NCBI GenBank assembly: GCA_951406725.2 | Contig: OX597840.1 | Location: 21,266,001-21,330,000, forward strand | DNA from: Octopus vulgaris | Lineage: Eukaryota | DNA: 64,000 nt | Direction: 5' to 3' | Shown here: positions 52,430 through 64,000 of the stretch, piece after piece | Layout: each line of letters opens with the position of its first letter | Position numbering within the stretch: the stretch's first letter is position 1 | Position numbers and translations under genes: made by a program | The notes under the pieces: model-generated | What the model was told of the DNA's origin: nothing | The model's input: only the letters and a program-made list of their open reading frames with translations | Databases searched by the model: none

Positions 52430-52600
52430 CTGAAGAAATTAATAGAGCCATAGCCTAATTAAACCATCAGAGTGGGCCTCCCGACCAATCAAAAGACGGC
52501 CTGCATTAATTAACTAATCGTAGGAGCTGAAAGTAATGGTCAGCCCTAATCACTGGTGGAAACTGAAAGACGCGGATGAGTGATGCCGGGGAGAGGAAAA
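52430..52600. promoter_or_regulatory. possible promoter/enhancer island (CCAAT box plus homeodomain TAAT motifs)
   Basis: Non-repetitive sequence with ccgaCCAATc (also at ~51701), CTAATTA, TTAATTAA and CTAATC. Motif-level evidence only. Confidence 0.25.
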
Positions 52601-52900
52601 GGGAAATCGTTTAAAAAAACAGAAAAAGTAAAAAAAAAAGAGGTTAATTACTCAGAGACACCATCTGCATGAAAATCAACAGTTAAGTTCCGGGATGATC
52701 ATCTCAACCTTTTTGATACCAGCCACCTGAAACTGGCGCTGGTCCTACGATGTAAACTTGTTGGTTTAAAATGAACTAAATTTAAACTTTCCATCAAACT
52801 TTCATGTTGTGTTCCAAACACCAGCTCAGTAATGACAAAGGTATTTTACTAAATTCATGCTTTTCAAAATGAATTGAAACAAAGACATATTTTAACACAA

Positions 52901-53230
52901 TCATCATCATCGTTTAGCGTCCGCTTTCCATGCTAGCATGGGTTGGACGGTTCAACTGGGATCTGGGAAGCCCGAAGGCTGCACCAGGCCCAGTCTGATC
53001 TGGCAGTGTTTCTACAGCTGGATGCCCTTCCTAACACCAACCACTCAGTGAGTGTAGTGGGTGCTTTTTATGTGCCACCGGCACAGGTGCCAGACGAGGC
53101 TGGCAAACGGCCACGATCGGATGGTGCTTTTTACATGCCACCGGCACGGAGGCCAGTCGGGGCGGCGCTGGCAATGGCCACATTCGGATGGTTCTCTTAT
53201 GTGCCACTGACACTGGTATCACAGCCACAA
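52901..53230 (-). mobile_element. SINE-like family C ending in (GAT)n (ggatgcccttcctaacgccaacc core)
   Basis: Related copies at ~3075-3290, 8392-8570, 10235-10375, 20400-20640, 37480-38003, 38720-39005 and 63718-63910. Confidence 0.75.
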
Positions 53231-54039
53231 TTTCCATTGATGTTGATTGATTTCGATTATGGTTTTGATTTTCACCTGCCTCAACAGGTCTTCACAAGTA
53301 GGGTTTGTGTCACAAGAAGCAAAGGTATGCATAAGGGGACTGGCTACGTCCCAGATTAAAAACTTCCATCAAAATTTCATGTTAATTCATTTTCCAAACA
53401 TCAGCTTTATTATGACTATTTTACTAAATTGTTCGTTATTCTATTGGTCTCTTTTGCTGAACCGCTAAGTCATGGGAGCGTAAACAAACCAATATCGATT
53501 ATCAAGCAACAGTGGGAGGACAGAGACAAACACAAACACCACATAGATACATATATACGACAGGCTTCTTTCAGTTTCTGTCTACCAAATCTACTCACAT
53601 GGCTTTGGTCTGCCTGAGGCTACAGAAGAAGACACTTGCCCAAGGTGCCACGCAGTGGGACTGAACCCAGAACCATGTGGTTGGGAAGCAAGCTTCTTAC
53701 CACACGGCCATTATATAAATTCAGTTATCAGACAACAGATCAAAGCATTCAATCATCACTTATTGATCTGGAACTATTATTTTATGGGTTTTACTCTTTA
53801 CTCTTACACGGTCACAAAAAACGTCAAGAAATAACAATCGTATGTTCCTAAAACCTCATGCAGGGGCAGGAATGGCCGTGTGGTTAAGAAGTTCGCTTTC
53901 CAATCACAAGGATGTGAGTTCAGTCTCACCTTGGGCCTCCACAAAGAAATTAGCAAAAAATTAATGGTTAATTCTAGATCAACGATTTCTGGCATAGTAA
54001 TAAAATACTTTGCCCCTTTATCAGTGGATACATGGGGTG

Positions 54040-54256
54040 GTGGTGGTGCTAAAAGGTTCCTGGCTTTAAGGATATCATGAAAGGTCTGGTTGGAGGCCCC
54101 AAGTTTTGAGTTCTTCTACAAGGCTCAGAAAAACTGAAGGACCAGTGTAATAGATGTGTGAATCTGAGAGGGGAATACGTTGAATAAAATCATAATTCAC
54201 TGATTCCCTCTGTATTTTCTTTTGCCCAAAGCCAGGAACCTTTTAGCATTCCCTTG
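54040..54256 (+). mobile_element. non-autonomous mariner MITE retaining the transposase C-terminus
   Basis: Ends gtgctaaaaggttcctggcttt / aaagccaggaaccttttagcat are inverted; internal EKLKDQCNRCVNLRGEYVE*. Other copies at ~25709-25880 and ~31820-32030. Confidence 0.7.
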
Positions 54257-55235
54257 TGTGTATGTGTGTCCGCATGCAAGTGTATGTGTGTGTGTCTTTG
54301 TATTTGTCCCCAACCGCTACTTGACAACTGGTGTTGGTTTGTTTCTGGCCCTGTAACTTCAAGGTTCATCAAAAGTGACTGACAGAATAACCAAACTAAA
54401 AAAAAAAAAAAATAAGCAGCAGGTTTGATTTATTCAAGCAAACCTGTCAGGCTGTTGCCCCAGCATGGCCGCAGTCCAACAGCCGAAACAAGCAAGAAAT
54501 AAAAGATAAACATTTAACAATTACACACACACACAAATCATTCACATACACACTCATTTAGTAAAACACATACACATACACACAACTGCTCATTGTCTCA
54601 CACATACACTGTTTCTCACGCCCATTCATCAGATAATCTCTTACACACACACACATATATAGACACACACACACATATAGACACACACACACATATAGAC
54701 ACACACACACATATAGACACACACACACATATATATAGACACACACACACATATAGACACACACACATATATAGACACACACACACATATATAGACACAC
54801 ACACACATAGACACACACACACATAGACACACACACACATAGACACACACACACATAGACACACACACACATATATAGACACACACACATATATAGACAC
54901 ACACACACACATATATATAGACACACACATATATAGACACACACACATATATAGACACACACACATATAGACACACACACACATATAGACACACACACAT
55001 ATAGACACACACACACATATATACACACACACACATATATAGACACACACACATATATAGACACACACACATATATAGACACACACACACACATATATAT
55101 ATAGACACACACATACATAGACAGACACACACACACACACACACACCTGTTCTTCAACTGCATTCTGCATTAATTCCCACTGCAGTGGAGAGAGAGGCAA
55201 GATCAGATGGTCAGAGCTATTTCCTACTACTACTA

Positions 55236-55269
<34 letters not shown>

Positions 55270-55722
55270 AGTAGAATGGTGCAAGGAAACAGGTGAAGGT
55301 GTGGAAAGGACAAGGTGGCGGGGGAGGGGGGTTGTGGGCACAGAACTCTCGGAGGCTCTACCGACCGACCTTAGCTCTTTCCTTCACCCAACAAGCAACA
55401 AACTGGGCGACTAAAGGAAGGAGGAGGAGGAGGAAGGGGGCAGAGGTAGGAGTCGTGAGGTCCACTCACTGCAAATTGGACCAAGTCAGCTGATAAACTG
55501 CACAATATTAGTGAATGTATGTGTGCACGTGCACTGGTGCATGTGTGTGTGTGCATGCTTGTGTATATGTTGGCAGTGTGTGTGTGTGTGTGTGTGTGTG
55601 TAGGTAATAAGTGATTATTTCTTTTGTTTTAACACAGTAATATCGATTTCTTTTCTGACAATAACTAGAATGAAAGCAATAACAGTAGTAGTAGTAGTAG
55701 TAGTAAAAGTGGTGGGGGCGGC

Positions 55723-55753
<31 letters not shown>

Positions 55754-56153
55754 ATAGCAAAAATAAAACAGCAAAAAAAAACCCAACAATAATGGCATTT
55801 TAACAGCCAAGGCCAAATTTTTTAACGAAGGACAGACACTGACCACGATATCAACGTTTGTACTTAATTGATACTTAAATTACTATTGGCCTTAAGCAGC
55901 TTTTTGGGGTCATCTTATTAACCCTTGTGTTACCACGGTTCTGATGAAATACATTGTCCCTCATCATCATTTAACATCCGTCTTCCATGCATGGGTAACT
56001 TGGACAAACTTAGATAAATATAAAATTAAAAATTTCTTCCATCCGATATCCTCGTCGGAATTACCACAAAAATCCCAATATCCAATAATTTCATTTGCCA
56101 TGTGGACATAAACTTACAAATTTCTTAAGCCTTTCACTACCATATTTCTATGA

Positions 56154-56495
56154 AGGCGCATGGCTCAGTGGTTAGAGCGTCGAGCTTACGATCGTGAGGT
56201 TGTGAGCTCGAATCCCGGACCGGGCTGCGTGTTGTGTTCTTGAGCAAGACACTTTATTTCACATTGCTCCAGTTCACTCAGCTGTAGAAATGAGTTGCAG
56301 TGTCACAGGTGCCAAGCTGTATCGACCTTTGTCTTTCCCTTGGATAACATCGGTGGCGTGGAGAGGGGAGGCCGGTATGCATGGGCGACTGCAGGTCTTC
56401 CATAAAACAACCTTGCCCAGACTTGTGCCTCAGAGGGTTACTCTCTAGGTGCAAACCCATGGTCACTCATGACTGAAGGGGGTCTTTACCCTTTT
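56154..56495 (+). mobile_element. tRNA-derived SINE family E
   Basis: Head ggcgcatggctcagtggttagagcg...ctcgaatcccgg followed by a gtgttcttgagcaagacact core; a related copy lies near 47930-48130. Confidence 0.7.
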
Positions 56496-56876
56496 ACCAT
56501 ATTTCTATCAATTTGTTTCAGTTTAATTTTGAAAATGTGAAAATTTTCAGAAATTATCAAGCTGGTGTGTAGAACACAACCTGAAAGTTTGATGAAAGGT
56601 TTGAAGTTACATCATTTCAAAACAGGAAGTTTGTACCATAAAACCGGGGGTAACATCAAGCTGGTTAGTATTAAAACTGAGGTAAGGCTATCTCTTAATG
56701 TAATTAGAGTATTTTCCCTATCTACCCTGTTCGCCGGCAGATCTTAATAATTAACTGCAAAAGTAGGCACTTGTGCTTTGTCTTAATTACTTAAAAACAC
56801 TAACGGGTCTTTCATTTAGCTACGCAGCTATGATACTTTCATTTTGTATTTCATCGCAAAACAAGCATATAGTTTA

Positions 56877-57055
56877 ACTAGCAGTATCGCCCGGCGTTGC
56901 TCGGGTTTGTTTCGACCCTTTAGAATTGGAATCTTTGTAAAGTAAAAATTTTGCATTATGTAGCTTGTTATTCTCTTTAAGTGAACATTTTTCTGGTTGA
57001 AATACACCAAAAAATGGCAACACAGCAGTCAAAAAATCGTAAAAAATAGGGATTT
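56877..57055 (+). mobile_element. possible Helitron/Helentron-type non-autonomous fragment
   Basis: ACTAGcagtatcgCCCGGcgttgCTCGGG: CTAG plus a GC-rich hairpin, as at the ends of such elements. Confidence 0.35.
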
Positions 57056-58820
57056 GGGCAAAAGAGACCAACAGATCAAGTTGATTTGTTTGACTATAAT
57101 TCTTCAAGGCGGTGCCCCAGTATGGCCACAGTCTAATGACTGAAATGAGTAAAAGATAAAAGGTATATGCAATGGGCTTCTTTCAGTTTCCATTTACCAA
57201 ATTCACTTCTTGGGCTTCGATTAGCCAGAGGTCATATAGAAGACACTTGCCAAGGTGCCATGCAGGGGAACTGAACCCAAAACCATGCGGCTGGGAAGCA
57301 AACTTCTCACCACCCAGCCACGCCCACACCTTGTGATGGCTTCATTGTTGTTGGTGTTACTATTCTATTTTGGCTATTGTTGTCTTTTACAATGCTGTTG
57401 TTGTTGTTGTCGTTGTTGTTCACAAAGACCACATCTGTCTGGTAAACCTACACACAACATAACTCTGTGTGATGGGAGCAGAAATGCTTCCTGAATCAAC
57501 CTCGTTAATACAGAGCATAATACCCTTGAATGCCCACCCACCCCTCTCTCTCTTTTCTCACTCCCTTATTACATCTATGGTTTCCCCCTTTCTTTCACTC
57601 GGTCCCTCTCATCATCAGATTCGTTTGTCAAGATTATTATTGAAACATCTGGATCCATCTCAAAATTTTAAAGGAAAACCAAATTATCTTTTTCCAAGCG
57701 ACAGATATTAAATTGATATTTATTCTGAAGTGCAACGGAATTCTTTACAAAACAACAGACTCAGCAACAGTCAACAAGTTCCTTCTTCTCTTCAGTTATA
57801 TATATATAAAAAAATAAAATGGAAACACAATCCCAAAATTCCTGAGATGAAACTAAGCGTAGCTTTCATAAATGCCAATAATAATGATAATAATAATAAT
57901 AATAATAATAATAAATGCCCTGATGCAGTACTAGGCAGTGGCTCTCATGGCTTCTGATTTTAACTGATTGGAAGTGTTATCATGTACATTGTTTTGTCTT
58001 GGTATAAAAGATAGGATACAGCAAATATTCTGCACAATACCACAGATTTACTGGTCAGTTGTTTGACCTTAACCAGTTGAGCATGTCCCTTGGTGGCTGA
58101 CGATATGTGCATCTCTGATCATGAGTAGAAGTAGGTGTGGGGAGAACATCATAACCATGTGTCGAGAGGGATTCTTTGGGGTTTGGATAATTCACCTCTG
58201 GAAACATGGGTGTTTCATTCATCATTCTTAAACACCCGTCATTCAAGGACTTTTTGAGTGGGGTAGTTTACTCGACCTGAAGAAAATTGTAACCGGGCCC
58301 CACCTGCAAGGTCATGAGCTGTTTATCTTAATATGAGAGCACCCTGTCATGCACATATAGTCGTGATGCCTGGTGTACCCTTAACAGTGGAGGTGGATGT
58401 CATAGTATTGGGTTCAGTCCCACTGTGGGGCACCTTGGGCAAGAGTTTTTTTCTACTATAACCAAAGCCTTATAAGTGGATTTTGGTAGACAGAAATTGA
58501 AAGAAGCTCATCCTACGTGTGTGTGTGTGTGTGGGGGAAACTGTACTTGTTCCCACCTCACTTCACAACCACTGTAGATTCATTTATGTCCCCATAACTT
58601 AGTGGCCCAGCAAGAGAGATCAATTAGAATAATTAATAGGGAAAAAATAATTAAACGAAAAAAAAGGTACCGAGGTCGATTTGTTCAACTAAACCCTAGA
58701 CTAAACCCTACGAGATAGTGGCCCCAGCATTGCTGCCACAGTCCAAAGACTGAGATGATAATTAAAACTGAAAAGACCTGTTTGATTTGTGAAAATCTCA
58801 TGTGTCCTTCATCAGCCAGC

Positions 58821-58855
<35 letters not shown>

Positions 58856-59048
58856 TCACCAGTAAAGCTGGCAAATAGCACAGTTTTATGAATGTGTCAG
58901 CAGTAGACAGATTAGCTGGGTTATCCTCTTAGCTATGTGAATTAAGATTCTTATCACACTCGCCAGATATTTCTCAGAACAGATAAAATATTTTCTCTAC
59001 TAAGATCGCAATCTGCTCAATGTGCTACATGGGAACGAATAGGTAAGG

Positions 59049-59080
<32 letters not shown>

Positions 59081-59719
59081 TACTATACATGGAGCTGCTG
59101 TAACAGGTAGGCAGGTGCCTCAGTGGTCGGGGCATTGAATGACCGACTGACCCATGGTTCTCTGGTTAGCTCCTTCCGGCAAAGTCTTAAGTCACTGCTT
59201 GACCTTACAGTCCGGTTCACACCCACTTGATAAACTGGATACCACCACACCCAAACTCTGTGTGTGTGTGTGTGTGTGTGTTGTAAGCGTTACAAGGCAG
59301 AATGAGATGTTTAACCATAAAAACACTTGTATCAAGAATTCAGGAAAAACATCTGATTTGCAAACTCATGGTATTTCAAGCAATACTTTGATGTAACACA
59401 CACACACACACATACTTACTCACTCCCTTCCTCTCACACACACACACACACACAGATGTAGAACAAATACCACATAGGTGTATGTGGGTAGGGAGGAGGA
59501 GAATGTAATTAAATAGAAAATAAAAGAATGACAGGAATTTGGAAATTATGAAAATGAACTAAACCCCCCCCCCAATATTTTATCTCTCATTCCGTTTGAT
59601 TATATTTCAGAATAGCATTTATATAAATGCACAATGGTTAAGTAAATTAGTTAGAACAGCAGACACGAGTTGGTCCCACGTGTTAGGGGTTTGTAGAAAC
59701 AGCACACACAGAGTTGGTA

Positions 59720-59830
59720 TCATCTGGTGCCAATTGCTTGAAGTGGCTGGAACTGATGCAAGAGGGAGACCCAGGAAGACATGGGATGAAGTGCTGAAGG
59801 CTGATCTCAAAACACTTACAAAGGAGGGAC
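59720..59830 (+). mobile_element. RTE-clade LINE C-terminal fragment
   Basis: LEVAGTDARGRPRKTWDEVLKADLK. Confidence 0.65.
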
Positions 59831-61086
59831 AAAGGACCGAGATATCATGTACATTGTTTTGTCTTGGTATAAAAGATGAACTTACAGCAAATATTCTGCT
59901 CAATACCACAGATTTGCTTGTCAGTTGTTTGACCGTAACCAGTTGAGCATGTCCCTTGGTGGCTGACGATATGTGCATCTCTGATCACGAGCAGAAGAAG
60001 TGGGGGAGCATCATAGCCATGTGTTGAGAGGGGTTCTTTGGGGTTTGAATAATTCACCTCTGGAAACATAAGTGTTTCATTCATCATCCTTAAACAACCC
60101 TTATTCAGGGACCTTTTGAGTGGGATGGGTTACTCGACCAGAATCTTCATTTTTAACAGCAAAATCTTATATGGACTCCCAAGGGCCACATGGACTCCCG
60201 TTGAGAACTACTGATGTAGAGAGTCTTGTTGACTCGTGATGTGAGAGATTTAAACACTTGATGTGTATTTGACTCATCTGCAAAATCCACTCACAAGAAG
60301 ACTCGCCCACCACAGCAGAATTGATGTCTTAGGCCAGCTTGGCTAATGTTACTCTCCCAACTGAAGGAGTTTTCTGACTTGTAAGTTACTCATTGATCCT
60401 CATGGTGCATATAAAGTACTCAATATGCTTTGTGAAGTGTCTGATGTTACGAAGCGCATCCAACTGTAGAAGCCAAGCAACTAGAACCTGGGGCAGCTCT
60501 ACAGCTTGCCATCCCAAGCCAAACCGTCCAACCCATGCCATCATGGAAAATGGACATTTGATGATGATGATGTTAGAAGTATGCAATGGGTAATCACCAA
60601 AACCTAATTCACTTCCCCATCATGGAAAGCGTCAGTCCAAGAAACCTCCTCCTCTTCCTAAAATTACAAGAACAACATTCAAGAAACTTGGTTCCCATGT
60701 ATTTGGAGCCAAGAAACACACCAGTCTTTCTCCGTTACTGTTGACACTCTACAAGAATCAAAACATTCCCTACATCATCATCATTTTAACATCCACTTCT
60801 CCATACATGCAATAGGTCGGGTGGAATCTACTGAAGCAGATTTTCTACAGCTGGATGCCTTCCCAGTCACCAAGCTTCACTTGTTTCCAAGAGTAAGGTA
60901 GTATTTCCTCCATGGCCAGATGTATTCTTGCAGAATATTGGAAATGACCGACACTGCTTGTACGACAGTGACACTCATTTACAACTATCATGTGATGTCT
61001 AGACAAGGATACACACAAACACACACTTATATCAAATATATTAAAATAATTTGTTTATTCGCTTAACCGTCTCTCTCTCTCTCTCA

Positions 61087-61171
<85 letters not shown>

Positions 61172-62036
61172 GTGTGTATGTATATATGTGTGTGTGTATG
61201 TATATATGTATATATATATATGTGTGTGTATATATATATGTGTATATATATATGTGTGTGTGTGTGTATGTGTGTATGTATATATACATACACACACACA
61301 CACATTCACATGCAACAACCTTCTTTCAGTTTCTGCCTGCCAAATCCACTCACAAGGTTTCGGTCCTTCACCACACCCACAGCAGAAGCGACACTTTGCA
61401 CAAGATGCCATGAAATAGGACTGAACTTGTGATCCCATGATTGTGAAACAACCTTCTTAACCGCACACACCCATGCCTATGCCTTACCCAATAAACAAAA
61501 TATTTGACCCAAAATGAAGAAATACAAGACAGGAGTTTGTTTCTTTGGTTGTGAGATATTCCAGGGCAGCTACTGGGATGGGTTCCCATGGCAACACATC
61601 AAGTGACTATCATCATCATCATCATAATCCTTTCCACTAAAGGCACAAGGCCTGGAATTCTGGGGGAGTGGGGTTACGTAGATGACGTTGAGGCCAGTAT
61701 TCGGCTGGTACTTAATCTACCAACCCTGAAAGGATGAAAGGCAAAAGTTGACCTTGGGCAGAATTTGAACTCAGAATGTAAGGATGGACGAAATACTACT
61801 AAGCATTTTGCCCGGTGCTAACGATTCTGCCAGGAGGAGGAGAAGAGGGAAGAAGAAGAAGAAGAACAACAACAACAAGAAGATGAAGAAGAACAAGAAG
61901 ATGAAGAAGAAGAATCCAGTGAGTGAAGAGATCAAGCTACCCTAATAAATGTCCCCATATACACAGTACGACTCTGCTATGTTACACATTAAGTATTGAA
62001 ACTTCTCACACCACGAGTCAACAAGACTCTCTGCAT

Positions 62037-62359
62037 CAGCGGTTCACAACCGGAGTCCATGTGCCCCTTGGGAGCCCCATGTGCCCCTTGGGAGCCCCAT
62101 GTGCCCCTTGGGAGCCCCATGTGCCCCTTGGGAGCCCAGATAAGATTTTTTTGTTAAAAATCATCTCCAATCATTGGTCAAACTTCTACAATACACAAAA
62201 TATTTCAATTTTTTTGTTCTTTTTTTATACGGTTCCTCATAATATCTAATCCTAAAAATATAACCAGAATTTTCAGACATCAAATGGCTTTGAGGGTCCT
62301 CTTCTGGGTAAAATAAGAAGCAAAGGGATTCATAAGTGAAAAATGGTTGAGACCCACTG
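62037..62359. mobile_element. hAT-type MITE (same family) with internal 20-bp x4 tandem repeat (62057-62136)
   Basis: Termini cagcggttcacaacc / ggttgagacccactg; TSD ctctgcat/cactacat; repeat unit ccatgtgccccttgggagcc. Confidence 0.7.
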
Positions 62360-63116
62360 CACTACATGGTCATACAACTTGCTAGAAATAGCAGTGAAAT
62401 CCCATCCAAAGGCACTGATTCTTGGTTTATTTGACTTGTAAACTGGCAACGAAGCAAGACAGATGACTGACATATTTCACAAAAGTTTAAAAAAGGAATG
62501 GTGTACTTTAATTGACTAAAGTTAAAAATTGCTGGCATTCTTTGAATACCAAGTTAAAAATTACTGGTACATTCTTCACATCTTTCATTTATCTCTAATC
62601 TTTATCTCTTCCTTGTTTCAGTTGGACCCAATATGAAGACAGGAGTTGGCTCGTTGGGTTGAGCACTTCATTGAAGGGCTTCAGGGGAAAAAACTGCACC
62701 CCTTACCTATTTACTCTTTTATTTGTTTCAGTCATTTGACTGTGGCTAGGCTGGAGCACTACCTATAAAGATTTTTTAGGCAAAGAAATCGACCCCCAGA
62801 ACTTATTCTTTGTAAGCCAAGCACTTATTCTATCGGTCTTTTTTGCTGAACCGCTAAGTTACAGTGACATAAACACACCAACACCAGAGGTCAAGTGATG
62901 GTGGGGAGACAAACACAAAGACCCACCCACACACTTCCTTGCAGTTTCCTTCTACTAAATCCACCCACAAGGCTTTGGTTGACCTGAGGCTATATATATA
63001 TATATATATAGAAAACAAGCTTTTTATCAAACAACGAAAGAAACAAATAGGTGACAGGGCAACATAAAGAACATTCCCTTCATCAGTTGTCCTTTCTTTT
63101 ATCAGGTAAGTTATAC

Positions 63117-63161
<45 letters not shown>

Positions 63162-63683
63162 TCATATGTACTTGCAGATAGGTCACGCTTTTTCTCTTTT
63201 ACCAAAAATTTTGATAACCATCAGGGGTGCGACCTATCCACTGAGCATCACCAGGATCTGAAGTAGACGCCTGATGAACAAATGCAAGGAATATTTGTTT
63301 GACTACGAAGAAGAACTGTTGGGTTTCAATCCTGAATGAAGTTAAAGAACTCTATCTCAATGAATAAACACTTTTCTTATGTAACATTTGTTTTCTGTTC
63401 TGTTCTGTTTGTAATTCAAGACGTTTTTCTTGTCAAGTTGATATTTATTGATTTTTTTCCCTCTGAGTTGATTTATCTTTCGTAGTTATTTCCACAAAAA
63501 TGCTTTAATATTTTGCAAGCAAAGTTTTGAAATAAAGGTGAATATTTGATCATATTTAACAAATATTAGCTATATTTACGTCAAAAAGAGTCATGTAAAC
63601 CCCCAAACACAATTTATAGTGCAGCCTGTCTGCATGCCAACCCCAAACTGAGGGTGTAACATATCCATGAGTGTGTGTGTGTG

Positions 63684-63721
<38 letters not shown>

Positions 63722-64000
63722 TCATCATTTAACGTCCGCTTTCCATGCTAGCATGGGTTGGACGGTTCGACTGGGGTCTGGGAAGCCAGGAGGCTGCACC
63801 AGGCTCCAGTCTGATCTGACAGTGTTTCTACAGCTGGATGCCCTTCCTAACGCCAACCACTCCGAGAGTGTAGTGCGTGCTTTTTACGTGCCACCTGCAC
63901 AGGTGCCAGACGATGATATACACACAGTGAAAACCATGTCTAATTATAGGGAAATATTACTTTGTTCAGAAATATGTGAGGGCAGGTGACAGGAAGAGAA

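Noticed and set aside
55470-55556. Phase-0 ATG-to-GTGAGT segment (MHTHTCTSARAHIHSLILCSLSADLVQFA) as another first exon
   Set aside because: Starts within CA-repeat sequence; such matches are expected by chance.
63090-63112. Plus-strand polyY-CAG|GTAAGT resembling a recursive site
   Set aside because: Antisense to the only supported gene and inside a TA-flanked repeat; no plus-strand gene evidence.
63050-63310. CTGATGA motifs (minus ~63085, plus ~63270; also minus ~43540 and ~9795) as hammerheads
   Set aside because: Each lacks GAAA after the putative stem II and has no clear stems I and III.

Overview
Eukaryotic, AT-rich, repeat-saturated DNA. The SINE and microsatellite landscape is typical of an octopod cephalopod (organism assignment is inference). 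One gene is clearly supported, on the minus strand: an RBMS1/2/3 / alan shepard (shep)-type RRM RNA-binding protein. Three canonical GT-AG exons (8835-8675, 7680-7622, 1040-949) splice in frame to give RRM1: [104 protein letters not shown]. The gene continues beyond base 1. The remaining ~55 kb is upstream/first-intron sequence filled with tRNA-derived SINEs, RTE/CR1/Tx1-like LINE scraps, mariner, hAT and piggyBac-like MITEs, and microsatellites. Almost all ORF-track entries are repeat artefacts. Most notable observations: (1) a candidate recursive splice site (polyY-CAG|GTAAGC) followed by a 36-nt frame-preserving cryptic exon at ~36.9 kb; (2) several candidate phase-0 alternative first exons, one with a GC donor; (3) Penelope-type minimal hammerhead ribozyme motifs, mostly inserted in (TA)n tracts, one apparently intact with a compensatory U3-A8 core; (4) several long inverted repeats that could form dsRNA for A-to-I editing or promote circRNA. 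All coordinates were read by eye; repeat boundaries are approximate.
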